From: Barthelona sp. PCE
Lineage: Eukaryota
Length of the DNA: 64,000 bases
Direction: 5' to 3'
NCBI GenBank assembly: GCA_040285745.1
Contig: JAUFOR010000003.1
Coordinates: 372,001 to 436,000 of the forward strand
The notes under the pieces are model-generated. The model did not search any database. It worked only from the letters and a program-made list of their open reading frames with translations, and was not told where the DNA came from. The position numbers and the translations under genes were made by a program. Of the stretch, positions 41,461 to 51,931 are shown piece by piece (the stretch's first letter is position 1; every line of letters starts with the position of its first letter).

Positions 41461-42387
41461 TCATTTCTCAATTCGTTCTTCCAACATGCTTTTGGTGACA
41501 TTGATCAATTGCTTCAAATTATTCAGGTCAAAACTGAGATCATGACTAATAATATTTCGCAATCGTGCAATATTCTTCACTTTCTCCTCATTAATATCAA
41601 CGCTACCATCTTGTTTCACCATCTGCATTCGATCATTCAACCTCAAGATATGTTCGTACTGTTTCCTGACATGAGCCACTTCTTCTGACTTCTTCTGGTA
41701 TAATACACAAACTTCTGGCACGCTATCCACCAGATCCAATAATACTGGTTCTACGTTCTCACGCATAGCACGAGAAATATCCTTCAGTTCTTCACTAATG
41801 CTCTTCACGCATTTGGTGGCTCTGATGTTGGGCAACAACGTTTCTGCTAGGTTTCCAGCAGAACTCCACTGCCCCATTTCCATATGTGCAATAACTTTCT
41901 CAACTGCAATATCAGGAAAATGACTCAACAAACTTTCTACCACTGTAATAAGTCCCTTATTAACATCTCGCAGCTCTTTGTTCTCAGTCATATTCTCCTT
42001 CAACTTATCCATGATAATTTCATTTGCTGCAAGGCTATCCTTTAATCCTCTTTTTAGTTCACGTTGGCGTTTAACCTCTTTATCGTATAGCCTAACTTGC
42101 GTGTTTAAATTGCCCGTCAACTGCTCCTTTACGTTCTGAAGTTCTCTGAGTTTATGATTCTGTTCTGCAAGTAATTGCTGCAAGTTCTCAAATCGACGTT
42201 GAGTTATAAACGAACCCGGTGATGCCGTGTTGACATGTTCATCTGAATAAAAATACTGAGAATGCCCGTTGTTTGAATCTTGAGAGGTGTTATCCAACTG
42301 AATCGGTCGGATTGGTGTATATGGAGAGCGCATGACCGACAAAAGCGGCGATGACTCCAATTGTGGGGTTTCAAAACCCGAAGACAT
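41461..42387 (-). CDS. Hypothetical coiled-coil protein
   Basis: S/P-rich N-terminus followed by heptad-rich segments. First ATG of ORF 41461..42411. Confidence 0.6.
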   Translation of the reverse strand: MSSGFETPQLESSPLLSVMRSPYTPIRPIQLDNTSQDSNNGHSQYFYSDEHVNTASPGSFITQRRFENLQQLLAEQNHKLRELQNVKEQLTGNLNTQVRLYDKEVKRQRELKRGLKDSLAANEIIMDKLKENMTENKELRDVNKGLITVVESLLSHFPDIAVEKVIAHMEMGQWSSAGNLAETLLPNIRATKCVKSISEELKDISRAMRENVEPVLLDLVDSVPEVCVLYQKKSEEVAHVRKQYEHILRLNDRMQMVKQDGSVDINEEKVKNIARLRNIISHDLSFDLNNLKQLINVTKSMLEERIEK

Positions 42388-42448
42388 AGTGTATGGGGAA
42401 TTCTTTTCCAAAACGCATTACATCCTTTTTCAGCTCTGACAAACAAAT

Positions 42449-44509
42449 ATGCCGAGAAGGGTTGAACCAACAATCACAATAGATGCATCAGATGCTTTCG
42501 AAACAGAAGATTCATTCATTCTTAATTTTTCAGAGTCAGGATTTAAAATTGAGGGTGCAAATCCACCTGACATGTCAATTGAATCAGGGTGGAAGGGAAT
42601 TAAGACTTTTGCAATTGATTTGAAGATGGAACAAGAGCTTGATCATATTTCAGACATAAGAGTTCTGGGTAGTCGTTTGAAACGCTGTGCATGGGATCAT
42701 TCTCTGTACTACACAGGGACACAGATTGCCTGGGAGGATAAAGAGGATGTTGGGGTTGCTTTTTATCGTTTTTTTAATGAAAAATTTGAATTTGATGAGC
42801 TTAGGATCTATCACTCCAAAGACGGATTCAAAACTGATGTCCACATGTTGGATAAGAATAATACCTTTGCATTTAACAAAGGAAAATGTACATTGTTAGT
42901 GTGGGATACAGAGGGAAACGTCATTGAATCAAAAATTTTTGAAAATAATGCTGTATTCAACGAAAATCTCAGTATCACGGTAAGTATATCTGGAGATTCT
43001 TATGTTATTTCGGAGAATAATGTGAAGGATGAAGATTTTCGATTGCTTCAAATGCCTCATAATCCACACAGTTTTATTTCATGCGAAAATGTTGACTGTA
43101 CTGTACATAATCATTTCAAAGAGAATGGATGTGATTTAACAATTTACTACTGGAATAATGATGAGTTGATGACTTATCCTCTCTCTGATGAGTTTCCAAT
43201 ATTTCAATCATTGAATCAGAAGATGAGTAATGTTTACATCTGGAAACTATCTCACTCGACGAAGGAGTTAGTCATATCATGTACGTTTAACAATGTTCAC
43301 AAGATGTACAAGATTGGTCAAGAAAATATATTCACTACGATCGATATAGCTCATTCCTTTGTTCCAATGAGGAAATTCTCGCTTGAATTTGACCACATAC
43401 AGTACTTTTTTGAGCGCTTCACATTCAATAATCGAACTTTATTCAAACAAACGCGGTTTGTTCCAACAAATAACATTTACCTAGAATGCAAGGATATGAA
43501 AAAGAATATTAGGAACGTGTATAGGAATGCCATGCTCATCACTTCAAATAATACGTTGTTCATGTTAGACTTTGAAAGGAACACGCTGTTCTTCCTGCAA
43601 GATATTTTAGTTGACGCCAAAACACAACGAAGAATATTCATTGAAAAGATTCCTTCGTCTTCTGGACGTTATTTTTCTATTATAAGAGAAGAAAACAATA
43701 GATTTGTGCATCACATTTATAATTTGGATTGTTTTAATGAAGAAAACAAAAATATAAGTGTCAACAAACTTATTTCAAGTCGCGACAGTGTTATAGCGTG
43801 TGCAACATCAAGAGGATTGGTATTTTTGAAGAAAACGTTGGTATCCCATGAGATGCAAAAAGTTTTTGAACTTAAATGGACAGGAGACAGACAACTATTA
43901 TATGAAGGCAATGTTCATACATTCCAATCTGTCACCGATGATTCATTAGTGCTCACGTCTATATTTGATTCATCAATTATAATGAAGGATGAAGATGATA
44001 CTTGGAAAATTGAATCAACTAATGATGATTATTGTGTTTACTCCAATCCTTATTCGGATAGATACTACATTCAAGCGATGAATGCGAAAGGTAGTTACCT
44101 GCTTGTTGATAGAGAAACAGAAGAAACAAAAGTTTGGGAAGATCTAGATAATTTTAAAAAATATCTTTCACCCAATCTTGTATTGTTTAACAATGGTATT
44201 TACAAATTGGGGGAGGGTTGTGTGCTTGATTGCCTTTGCGATTTTAAGGAAAAGAGCAAAAATGATTTTTTTTATATTGAAAGAATGAGTAGTTCAAGTG
44301 AAAATGAGCTAATTTTGTATGATATGAGTATGGATACTATAGAAATCAAAACATACACGTTTGATCATGATGGATTGCAGAACATTATTGAAAATAATAT
44401 TTCTTTGGTTGATTGGTTAGCATCATGTAAGTATGTTAACTTGAAAGATTTATGTATTGATTCTAGTGGTATTTCAAAAATTATTCCAACAAATGAATGG
44501 CAAATCTAA
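42449..44509 (+). CDS. Hypothetical protein (686 aa, beta-rich)
   Basis: Long uninterrupted ORF with CCTTTT at 42424-42429 upstream. No motif recognised. Confidence 0.7.
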   Translation: MPRRVEPTITIDASDAFETEDSFILNFSESGFKIEGANPPDMSIESGWKGIKTFAIDLKMEQELDHISDIRVLGSRLKRCAWDHSLYYTGTQIAWEDKEDVGVAFYRFFNEKFEFDELRIYHSKDGFKTDVHMLDKNNTFAFNKGKCTLLVWDTEGNVIESKIFENNAVFNENLSITVSISGDSYVISENNVKDEDFRLLQMPHNPHSFISCENVDCTVHNHFKENGCDLTIYYWNNDELMTYPLSDEFPIFQSLNQKMSNVYIWKLSHSTKELVISCTFNNVHKMYKIGQENIFTTIDIAHSFVPMRKFSLEFDHIQYFFERFTFNNRTLFKQTRFVPTNNIYLECKDMKKNIRNVYRNAMLITSNNTLFMLDFERNTLFFLQDILVDAKTQRRIFIEKIPSSSGRYFSIIREENNRFVHHIYNLDCFNEENKNISVNKLISSRDSVIACATSRGLVFLKKTLVSHEMQKVFELKWTGDRQLLYEGNVHTFQSVTDDSLVLTSIFDSSIIMKDEDDTWKIESTNDDYCVYSNPYSDRYYIQAMNAKGSYLLVDRETEETKVWEDLDNFKKYLSPNLVLFNNGIYKLGEGCVLDCLCDFKEKSKNDFFYIERMSSSSENELILYDMSMDTIEIKTYTFDHDGLQNIIENNISLVDWLASCKYVNLKDLCIDSSGISKIIPTNEWQI

Positions 44510-44521
44510 ATTATTTGCAAT

Positions 44522-46099
44522 TTATTGTTCAGTTTTCTTTTTTTCATACATGATTTTAAAATAGTTAATGTCTAAATTCATATGATTTTTAAGTTTCAGT
44601 AGTAAAAATACACCAATGAATAATGTAATTGATGATGCAATAAATGGAATAGCCTTGTTAACATCATAAAGTGCACTGAAAATGAGTGGAAAAACTAATC
44701 GAGATAACCAAACTGATGATTGATTGAAACCCAAAATTTTTCCTGTATCCACTGTTGTAGTGTAATTAGTCAGTAGTGTCATCAGAGGACCGCTGCACAA
44801 AGACATTGAGAATCCTATAAAGAAAGAAATGATACCATGAGTAACAATTGATGTCGAGAAAATAAATATAAATAAGGCAATACCGATTGCACTCAAGCCA
44901 ATAGTTGATGATCTGATGAGTCCTATGCGTTTTATCACACGTTTCTGAAAGAAAGCCTGTGATAATACCTGCCCAACAGCGGAACATAATATAACATACG
45001 AAATATGGTCAGGTTCGTATCCCATGATATCTAAATCATATGGAATCACAACAATATATGTTTGAAATGCAGACCATAATAAAAACTGAATGCCAACTAT
45101 ATATCTCATGGGAATATGATACCTCAAATAGTCAAAGAAACCGTGTGTTTCCAGTTCGTATACGACATGCATTTCTTCACTGATATCAATATCATCATGA
45201 TCAACATCAGCACCTGTCAAAAAGCTATCATTTCTTTCCCGTCCTTCTTCTGCTTCACTTTCCACAATTTTTAATGTAGGTCTGGGAGATGGAGATCGAC
45301 GAAGAGCATTGAGATCGGCGAGGTCTTCTCTTGACACACTATAATCGAATTCATAACAGGCCTTCTTCGGTGGTTCCAGATGATTGCTAAATATAAACAT
45401 TGAGATAAAAACATTGGCCACGTGGAATGCACAGCCAATAAGCATTGTGTCCCTGAAGGATTGAGTGAATGTAAAAATGAAGCCTGACATAAATGTACCT
45501 ATTACTGATGCGGCAGACATTGAAGTAGCAACCCAAGATATAAGTTGAACACGAATACTACTGCCCCTCTCTGTAATGTCAGAAATGTATCCGTTGATAA
45601 TAGCCGTTAAACTAGCAAATACACCACAAAGTAACCGAGATAATGCGTGTGTAAGTACACTTGTAGCAAACGTTTGTGCAATAAGTGAGACACAAAGTCC
45701 TGTAACGCAGATCATCAAACCGAATTTTCTACCGTATTGATCACTAATTTTTCCAAAAATACTGCAAAATATAAAAGCTGTCAATGAAAAAACGGTGTTA
45801 ACCAGCGTATATTCTAAAGATGAAGCATTAAATCGACCCAACTCTTTAGGAAGAAGCGGTCCAAGCATACTAAAACCAACAAAAGTTGCAAATAATGCAA
45901 AAAAACTTGGAAAAATGTGAGAAAATGCAACTTTTGGATATCGTTTTTTTGTTAAAATAGCAAGCTGGTCGGTGTTTAATGCCATATTTGACACTGTTGT
46001 TGCTTGCCATTCATCGATTTCAAATTCAGAAGAATTTCCCTGCTCTTCATCAGTGCTAACTATGCTTTCAACTGTTTTAAATTCGCCCTCCTCGCTCAT
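44522..46099 (-). CDS. MFS transporter, TetA/DHA1 (MFSD14-like) family
   Basis: MFS motif A 'FGKISDQYGRK', 'SRLLCGVF', 'GYISDIT' and 'GKILGFNQS...LSRLVFP', with 12 TM segments and a large central loop. Confidence 0.88.
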   Translation of the reverse strand: MSEEGEFKTVESIVSTDEEQGNSSEFEIDEWQATTVSNMALNTDQLAILTKKRYPKVAFSHIFPSFFALFATFVGFSMLGPLLPKELGRFNASSLEYTLVNTVFSLTAFIFCSIFGKISDQYGRKFGLMICVTGLCVSLIAQTFATSVLTHALSRLLCGVFASLTAIINGYISDITERGSSIRVQLISWVATSMSAASVIGTFMSGFIFTFTQSFRDTMLIGCAFHVANVFISMFIFSNHLEPPKKACYEFDYSVSREDLADLNALRRSPSPRPTLKIVESEAEEGRERNDSFLTGADVDHDDIDISEEMHVVYELETHGFFDYLRYHIPMRYIVGIQFLLWSAFQTYIVVIPYDLDIMGYEPDHISYVILCSAVGQVLSQAFFQKRVIKRIGLIRSSTIGLSAIGIALFIFIFSTSIVTHGIISFFIGFSMSLCSGPLMTLLTNYTTTVDTGKILGFNQSSVWLSRLVFPLIFSALYDVNKAIPFIASSITLFIGVFLLLKLKNHMNLDINYFKIMYEKKKTEQ

Positions 46100-46311
46100 T
46101 GATGCCCGTATTCAAAAAATTATTTGGAAAAAGTTCAAGAAATGAGGAAGTAGAGAAAACTATCGTTCAAACTATCTTTGACTGGTGTAATGTGGAACGT
46201 GTCTTGGATGTGTTGAAATATTCAGTTCAATCAGAAGATAAAAGTCTGCAATTGGCATTTCAATCCCATTCGCAAATATTTTTTCTTATTTAACACACAT
46301 ACACACATTCT

Positions 46312-46989
46312 ATGAGTTTACCTAAGAGACAGGCACCACGTGTCGCAAAAACAAAAGCTCAAATGGCAAGGGGGCAAAGATTATTTGTTGTAATCGAGGC
46401 TGCATGCATTGAAACTGTAAGAACTGAGAGAGGCTACGAGCTTCTTTCTGTAGACCGCCACAGGAATATTTTACACAAAGCAGGACGCGATCCTGCTGAG
46501 GCACGTCCTGATGTCGTACATCGTCTTCTTCTTGCACTGTTAGATTCACCTCTAAACAAAGCAGGCAAGCTGCAGGTATTTATCCACACACAGAGGAATG
46601 TTTTGATCTACATTAATCCAGTAACACGTATTCCTCGTACTTTCAACAGATTTGCTTCATTAATGGTCCAGTGTCTGGACAAGATGAAGATCAGGTCACC
46701 TGACGGTGATGAATTAATGAGAGTCATTAAGAACCCTATCACAGATCACTTACCTCCAGGTTGCATGAAAATTGGAACCAGTCACAGAGCAGACACCGTT
46801 GATGTTCAGGATTTCGTCATGGAGTTGCCGGATGAGTCTGTAGCATTCATCATAGGTGGTTTAGCAAAGGGTAAGGTGGAAGTTGATTATTTAGATACTG
46901 AGATCTCAATCTCAGAATATCCACTTAGTGCAAGTATTGTTAGTGCACGCATTACCGGTGCTTTTGAAAGGAAATTTGGCATCTTATAA
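46312..46989 (+). CDS. EMG1: 18S rRNA pseudouridine-N1 methyltransferase Nep1/EMG1 (SPOUT)
   Basis: 'ARPDVVHRLLLALLDSPLNKAGKLQVFIHT', 'RIPRTFNRF' and 'ISISEYPLSA'. Confidence 0.95.
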   Translation: MSLPKRQAPRVAKTKAQMARGQRLFVVIEAACIETVRTERGYELLSVDRHRNILHKAGRDPAEARPDVVHRLLLALLDSPLNKAGKLQVFIHTQRNVLIYINPVTRIPRTFNRFASLMVQCLDKMKIRSPDGDELMRVIKNPITDHLPPGCMKIGTSHRADTVDVQDFVMELPDESVAFIIGGLAKGKVEVDYLDTEISISEYPLSASIVSARITGAFERKFGIL

Positions 46990-47044
46990 TGATTTTTGAC
47001 AATAAACAATTGTTTTTCTTTTTGTATCCTTAACTATTTTAATT

Positions 47045-47608
47045 ATGAGCGAATCTTTTGGCGCTTCTGAGGCCTTTGAAATGTTTAAAGGGGAGCTGTT
47101 CTTTGCAAAACAATTCAATGACGATTTACTTTGCGGTGTTCATTGCTTGAACAATATGATGCAAGAGAATTTGTATTCGCTGGATGATTTCATCACTGTG
47201 GCAGATAAGATGGATAAAGAACTGGCACGCATAGCAGATAATAATAATGCTGTTCAATCTGTATCTTTAAGCGGAAATTTTAACGTTGGTGTTATCGAAG
47301 GGCTCTTAAACAATTTCAGCGTTTCATTAAAGTACGTTTCAAACCCATACGATATCAATTTTAATGAGTATTGCTCATATGTTATTAACCAAAATGCTCA
47401 CTGGTTCTCAATTAGAAAATTTTCAGACTTTTACGTTAAGTTTGACTCGTTAGCAGAAAGACCTGAGTTTGTAAGTGAAACTTACTTATCAATGCTCATT
47501 GAAGCAGAGCTTAATTCCGGATATACTGTATTTGGTTGTAGTGGAGCACTTCCAAACAGCGATTTTGATACTTTATTAACACAAAGTGGGTATGGATTAA
47601 CTAATTAG
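47045..47608 (+). CDS. Josephin-domain deubiquitinase (ataxin-3/JOSD family), catalytic domain only
   Basis: 'KQ...LCGVHCLNNMMQ', 'SGNFNVGVI', 'HWFSIRK' and 'FDS', giving a Cys-His-Asp triad. No UIM or polyQ tail. Confidence 0.88.
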   Translation: MSESFGASEAFEMFKGELFFAKQFNDDLLCGVHCLNNMMQENLYSLDDFITVADKMDKELARIADNNNAVQSVSLSGNFNVGVIEGLLNNFSVSLKYVSNPYDINFNEYCSYVINQNAHWFSIRKFSDFYVKFDSLAERPEFVSETYLSMLIEAELNSGYTVFGCSGALPNSDFDTLLTQSGYGLTN

Positions 47609-49554
47609 TGTGCCTTGACATTCTTGTATAGTCTATTCACAAAGATTCTTGCAGAGTAATAACCTGTAACACCAAATGCTAAACCTATGCACAAACAACC
47701 TAGGAAACCCCAATGGATCATGAGGAATGTAGCAACAGCGCTGCTATCCAAGCTATTAATTTCATACAATAAGTAAAGGAAGCAATACATACCGGCAAAG
47801 AAACTATCAAAGAATGAAGTCCATTGCCATCGATAATCCTCCCTTTGCAATCGAATATAACATGTGATTGTACTGGTTAAAATACAAACGATTAAAGAAA
47901 GTAAGAAAATCACACCGATCAATCCAAAAATATAGACAACATGATTTGAGGTGATAGAGAAGAAAACAAACTTAATGCCAAGAGCTGTGGAAGCAAAAGG
48001 TAGCGTGGATACAATTAAACTTAATGAATATGTGCCTGGGAATCCTGTCCTGGGTATCTCTCGGGGGAGAGCGTCTGGTACGATAAGTGGCGGCTTGATC
48101 TTACTATTTTTGGACATAAATATTCCAATAACAGCCGTCAATGACACAAACACAAAGAAAACCAAACCATATTGAATGAAGGCCAGAAAAGGCATTGCAT
48201 ATGATGTATCACTCTGTTGCACAACTAGCCATATATAGATGTAGTAAGCAAGAAGACCAAGAGGAATGAATATACAAACCCAAAGAAAAATACTGCGGTA
48301 TGACTTTTTGTTCTTGAACTCTCGAAGCTTGCGGGATGTGACATATGAGCATCTGACCCATAATAGAATAACTGAAAACATAAGAACAGTACCAACTGCG
48401 TTACGGCGGGCTGGAGAAAACAGACCAACCCATGCACATGCAATGAGCACAATAGTAACCCATAACATCATGTCGCCCAGACCAACAAATAGTGAAAGGA
48501 GGCCGGAGAACCTAGGAGTCCTGTATACATTTGTTGCGATTAACTTCCAGCCATTTGACTCTAAAATCTCATCAAGGGTATCACGATCTTCAATATCTGG
48601 CATCTCTAACTCACTCAGAAGACTTTTCTTGACCACGCGACGGAACATATTACTTGCTACAACACCCAGCAAAACAACAATAAGAGTGCTGTACCCAATT
48701 GTCTGCGTCATATTACCGTCAGTTAATCTAACGAGATACTTATCCCAACGACTGACCCAAGACAGTTTGCTGGGCAACCATGTTACTGAGTATGTATAGG
48801 GAATTTCACCATGCTTTTCAAGACTGTAATGACCACATGACTGAACGTTATGAATATCACAATTGCTACTGGTCCAATTCACACTGTATGGGACCGCTTC
48901 GAATCCCACAATGTGAAATATATTATCACCATCACCTTCATGAGGTAAAATATGGTAAAAAACACGGATATCAAAATGATTATTGACGTAGTATACGTTT
49001 GAGTTGTCAGTAACGCCAAGGAAGCCGATAGGGAAACCCTGCTTGTAAAGTCCATCAGGACGAGGTTCAAACATATCCAAATTGTCAAGTAAGAAATTCA
49101 TTCGATATCCTTCAATAATAGAGCTTCTTACGAAGTTATACTGTGTGCCGGACACTGTATAGTTGCAGAAAGATTTAATTGTTTGATTGTTTAGCGAACT
49201 GAACCTGAAAGGTGCATCATACCTGCGGAAACCAAAGAATAAATCACCAATACTAAGATTATAAGAGACAAACGGATCGGGTTTGCAGATTGGCATGTCG
49301 TAAAAATCGTATGGAAGGTTGGTTCGATCAGAATCAAGAATTGTTGCATACACATCCAAATCATGCACAGATGAATTATCTGCCTTGATATATGCTCGCA
49401 TGTTGGTTCCTGGCAACCAGAAATCCCATCTAGAAAGTAGAACAAGCAAAAAACAAACCAATACAAATAGGATACCTAATGCAACGATATAAAACAGTCC
49501 TTTCTTTGATCTTTTATGCCGATTCTCAAATGCAAAAGTCCCTGCCTCACGCAT
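47605..49554 (-). CDS. TM9SF: Transmembrane 9 superfamily (nonaspanin/EMP70)
   Basis: 'LPYDFYDMPICKP', 'YRMNFLLDNL', 'NNHFDIRVFYH', 'WVSRWDKYL', 'GWKLIATNVYRTP' and 'EDYRWQWTSF'. Confidence 0.92.
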   Translation of the reverse strand: MREAGTFAFENRHKRSKKGLFYIVALGILFVLVCFLLVLLSRWDFWLPGTNMRAYIKADNSSVHDLDVYATILDSDRTNLPYDFYDMPICKPDPFVSYNLSIGDLFFGFRRYDAPFRFSSLNNQTIKSFCNYTVSGTQYNFVRSSIIEGYRMNFLLDNLDMFEPRPDGLYKQGFPIGFLGVTDNSNVYYVNNHFDIRVFYHILPHEGDGDNIFHIVGFEAVPYSVNWTSSNCDIHNVQSCGHYSLEKHGEIPYTYSVTWLPSKLSWVSRWDKYLVRLTDGNMTQTIGYSTLIVVLLGVVASNMFRRVVKKSLLSELEMPDIEDRDTLDEILESNGWKLIATNVYRTPRFSGLLSLFVGLGDMMLWVTIVLIACAWVGLFSPARRNAVGTVLMFSVILLWVRCSYVTSRKLREFKNKKSYRSIFLWVCIFIPLGLLAYYIYIWLVVQQSDTSYAMPFLAFIQYGLVFFVFVSLTAVIGIFMSKNSKIKPPLIVPDALPREIPRTGFPGTYSLSLIVSTLPFASTALGIKFVFFSITSNHVVYIFGLIGVIFLLSLIVCILTSTITCYIRLQREDYRWQWTSFFDSFFAGMYCFLYLLYEINSLDSSAVATFLMIHWGFLGCLCIGLAFGVTGYYSARIFVNRLYKNVKAH

Positions 49555-49621
49555 TTTAATAAAAAAGGTGTAAAATAGTGGAGATTCTAAAAAACAACCC
49601 AATGAATGTTTTGCAAAATAT

Positions 49622-50194
49622 TTACATTAGAAATGAATATGGAAAAGTATCATATTCTGACGCATGTGAGGAAGATAAGAACGATAACTCAGTTGCATGA
49701 ACATCATCTTCAGTCTTCAACGTGTTTTGATTCGAATCAATGCTGATCGGGTATTTCTCCTCGATCATGCGCTTCAGTTCCAATGCACGCTGTGTAGATA
49801 ATGATTTTTTGACTGCTTTTTGATGCAGAGAATGAGTTGGATCAAGGTGAGCTGGATCCAATCGACAATAAGTTGTTGGAGTGCTTTTTGCCATCGTAGC
49901 CAGTGAAAGAACCTCGAATGCTTGGTTAAATGCAGGGTTCTCACTGTTTGTAATGGCTGAAAACTCGTAAGGTTGCACTGGTTCATTTGCTGACATAAAA
50001 ATATCTCTCTTAACATCAACTGTAGATTGTATTTTTGTTGGTGGAGTACTGACCACACGCTTTCGTGTCTTTAATTCACGGTGACTAGGCATCTCATTTC
50101 TTGAATTCGGTGAAAAAGCTTGATTGTCTTGGAAAATTGGTCTTGGAGCCGCAACTTTATCCTTATTCACATTCAAAACACGTGGGCGCACCAT
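49622..50194 (-). CDS. Hypothetical low-complexity protein
   Basis: 190-aa ORF from the ATG at 50194, in tandem upstream of TM9SF. Confidence 0.5.
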   Translation of the reverse strand: MVRPRVLNVNKDKVAAPRPIFQDNQAFSPNSRNEMPSHRELKTRKRVVSTPPTKIQSTVDVKRDIFMSANEPVQPYEFSAITNSENPAFNQAFEVLSLATMAKSTPTTYCRLDPAHLDPTHSLHQKAVKKSLSTQRALELKRMIEEKYPISIDSNQNTLKTEDDVHATELSFLSSSHASEYDTFPYSFLM

Positions 50195-50719
50195 GTAGAA
50201 ATTCAATTATGATTAAAGATGCAGAAAAACGTGTGAAACTTTAAAACATAATAACAGTTATCTACCCTTGCGCTTACTTGGTAAAAAGCTAAAATATTCT
50301 AAATAGTGACCCATTGTGCAATTTATTATATCCCAAACCATCAACAAAAAAAAGACCAAAAAAAAACTCTTCACAAATTAGTGTTCTGAAATTTCATGCT
50401 TTCTTAACTGCATTGTATGCATATTTGAATTTGATCCAATCTTTGGATAATGGACGATCTTTGAGCGTTTCCCGAAAACAAGATTACAACAATGTAAACA
50501 GTTTGAAAACGTGCTTAAAATCAGCAAAAGCTTAACCAGCTCACGATTACCAAACCTAGGATCAAGAACAAAATTGAAGAAATGCATTTTGTCTGCATTA
50601 TCTACTAATTTTACCGTACAAATTGCCCTTGCAGTTATTCCCCATCGGTTTGCATCATAATAAATAACACGAACCACATAAGAAGTATATATTTGTTTTC
50701 AACCTTTTTATTAACAGAA

Positions 50720-51916
50720 ATGTCAGAACACAAAGAAGAAATCACTGTACCGGACACAGAAATCGAACAGTCTGAAGAGCCTATCCCCACAAAGACTGAG
50801 AAGAAGGCTATTGATTGGGAAAACTTTAAGGAGGAGGAAGATTACGAGGATCCTATGATCAATGGACTCACCCTCATGGAACGCTTTAACTTATGCAGAT
50901 CAGTTGGTGAAGAAATCACTGAAGAATTAGAACTTTTCAATTTGCTTAAGCATAAGCCCGAACCCATTGCTTACGATGGTTTCGAGCCAAGTGGTCGCAT
51001 CCACATTGCACAGGGCCTTATGAAAGTTCTCAACGTCAACAAGCTCACAAAGGCTGGTTGTCGGTTCGTTTTCTACGTTGCTGATTGGTTTGCTCTTATG
51101 AACAACAAGTGTGGTGGTGACCTGAAAAAGATCCAGAAGGTCGGACAGTACTTTATTGAAGTTTGGAAGAGTCTTGGAATGGATATGGAGCGTGTAGATT
51201 TCGTTTGGGCTTCCGATTTTATTAACGATAATTCTAATGAATACTGGCTACGCGTCATGGACATTGCCCGTGGCAACACACTTGCTCGTGTGAAGCGCTG
51301 TTCTACTATTATGGGTAGACAAGCTGCTGATTCTATGCCTGCTGCTCAAATTATGTACCCATGCATGCAAGCCGCTGATATCTTCGAGCTCAAGGCCGAT
51401 ATCTGCCAACTTGGTATGGATCAACGTAAGGTTAACATGCTTGCCAGAGACTACTGCGATTCAGCAAAGATCCGTTTCAAGCCCGTAATCATTTCCCATC
51501 ACATGCTTTTGGGTCTGGGTGGTGAGACCAAGGCCTCCAAGTCTGTCCCCGATAGCGCAATCTTCATGGATGATGATGAAGCCACAGTGAACCGTAAGGT
51601 ACGTAGAGCTTTCTGTGAGATTGGTAACGTAACAGTTAACCCTGTTCTTGATTACATGCAACACATTATCTTCCCTTACTTCCCTGACGGTGTGATGGTT
51701 GAGCGCAAGGAACGTGATGGCGGTGATATCTTCTTCAGCACTTACGAAGAAATGCACGCTGCTTACGTCAGTGAAGAGCTTCACCCTGGTGATCTCAAGC
51801 CTGCTCTTTCTAAGCACCTTAACCAACTTTTGCAGCCTGTTCGTGATCACTTCAGAAGTGAGAAGAAGCTGAAGAAACTTCTTGGATTTGTGAAGAAAGT
51901 GCGTTCCACCCGTTAG
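50720..51916 (+). CDS. YARS: Tyrosine--tRNA ligase, cytosolic, plant/protist (HIAQ) type
   Basis: 'AYDGFEPSGRIHIAQG', 'YPCMQAADIF', 'QLGMDQRKVNMLARDY', KMSKS-like 'KASKS' and 'LHPGDLK'. Confidence 0.95.
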   Translation: MSEHKEEITVPDTEIEQSEEPIPTKTEKKAIDWENFKEEEDYEDPMINGLTLMERFNLCRSVGEEITEELELFNLLKHKPEPIAYDGFEPSGRIHIAQGLMKVLNVNKLTKAGCRFVFYVADWFALMNNKCGGDLKKIQKVGQYFIEVWKSLGMDMERVDFVWASDFINDNSNEYWLRVMDIARGNTLARVKRCSTIMGRQAADSMPAAQIMYPCMQAADIFELKADICQLGMDQRKVNMLARDYCDSAKIRFKPVIISHHMLLGLGGETKASKSVPDSAIFMDDDEATVNRKVRRAFCEIGNVTVNPVLDYMQHIIFPYFPDGVMVERKERDGGDIFFSTYEEMHAAYVSEELHPGDLKPALSKHLNQLLQPVRDHFRSEKKLKKLLGFVKKVRSTR

Positions 51917-51931
51917 TTAATATAATAAACT

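Noticed and set aside
50314-50677. ORFs 50314..50535 (+) and 50378..50677 (-) in the spacer before TyrRS
   Set aside because: Short, mutually overlapping and without recognisable motifs. They cannot be supported without expression data.
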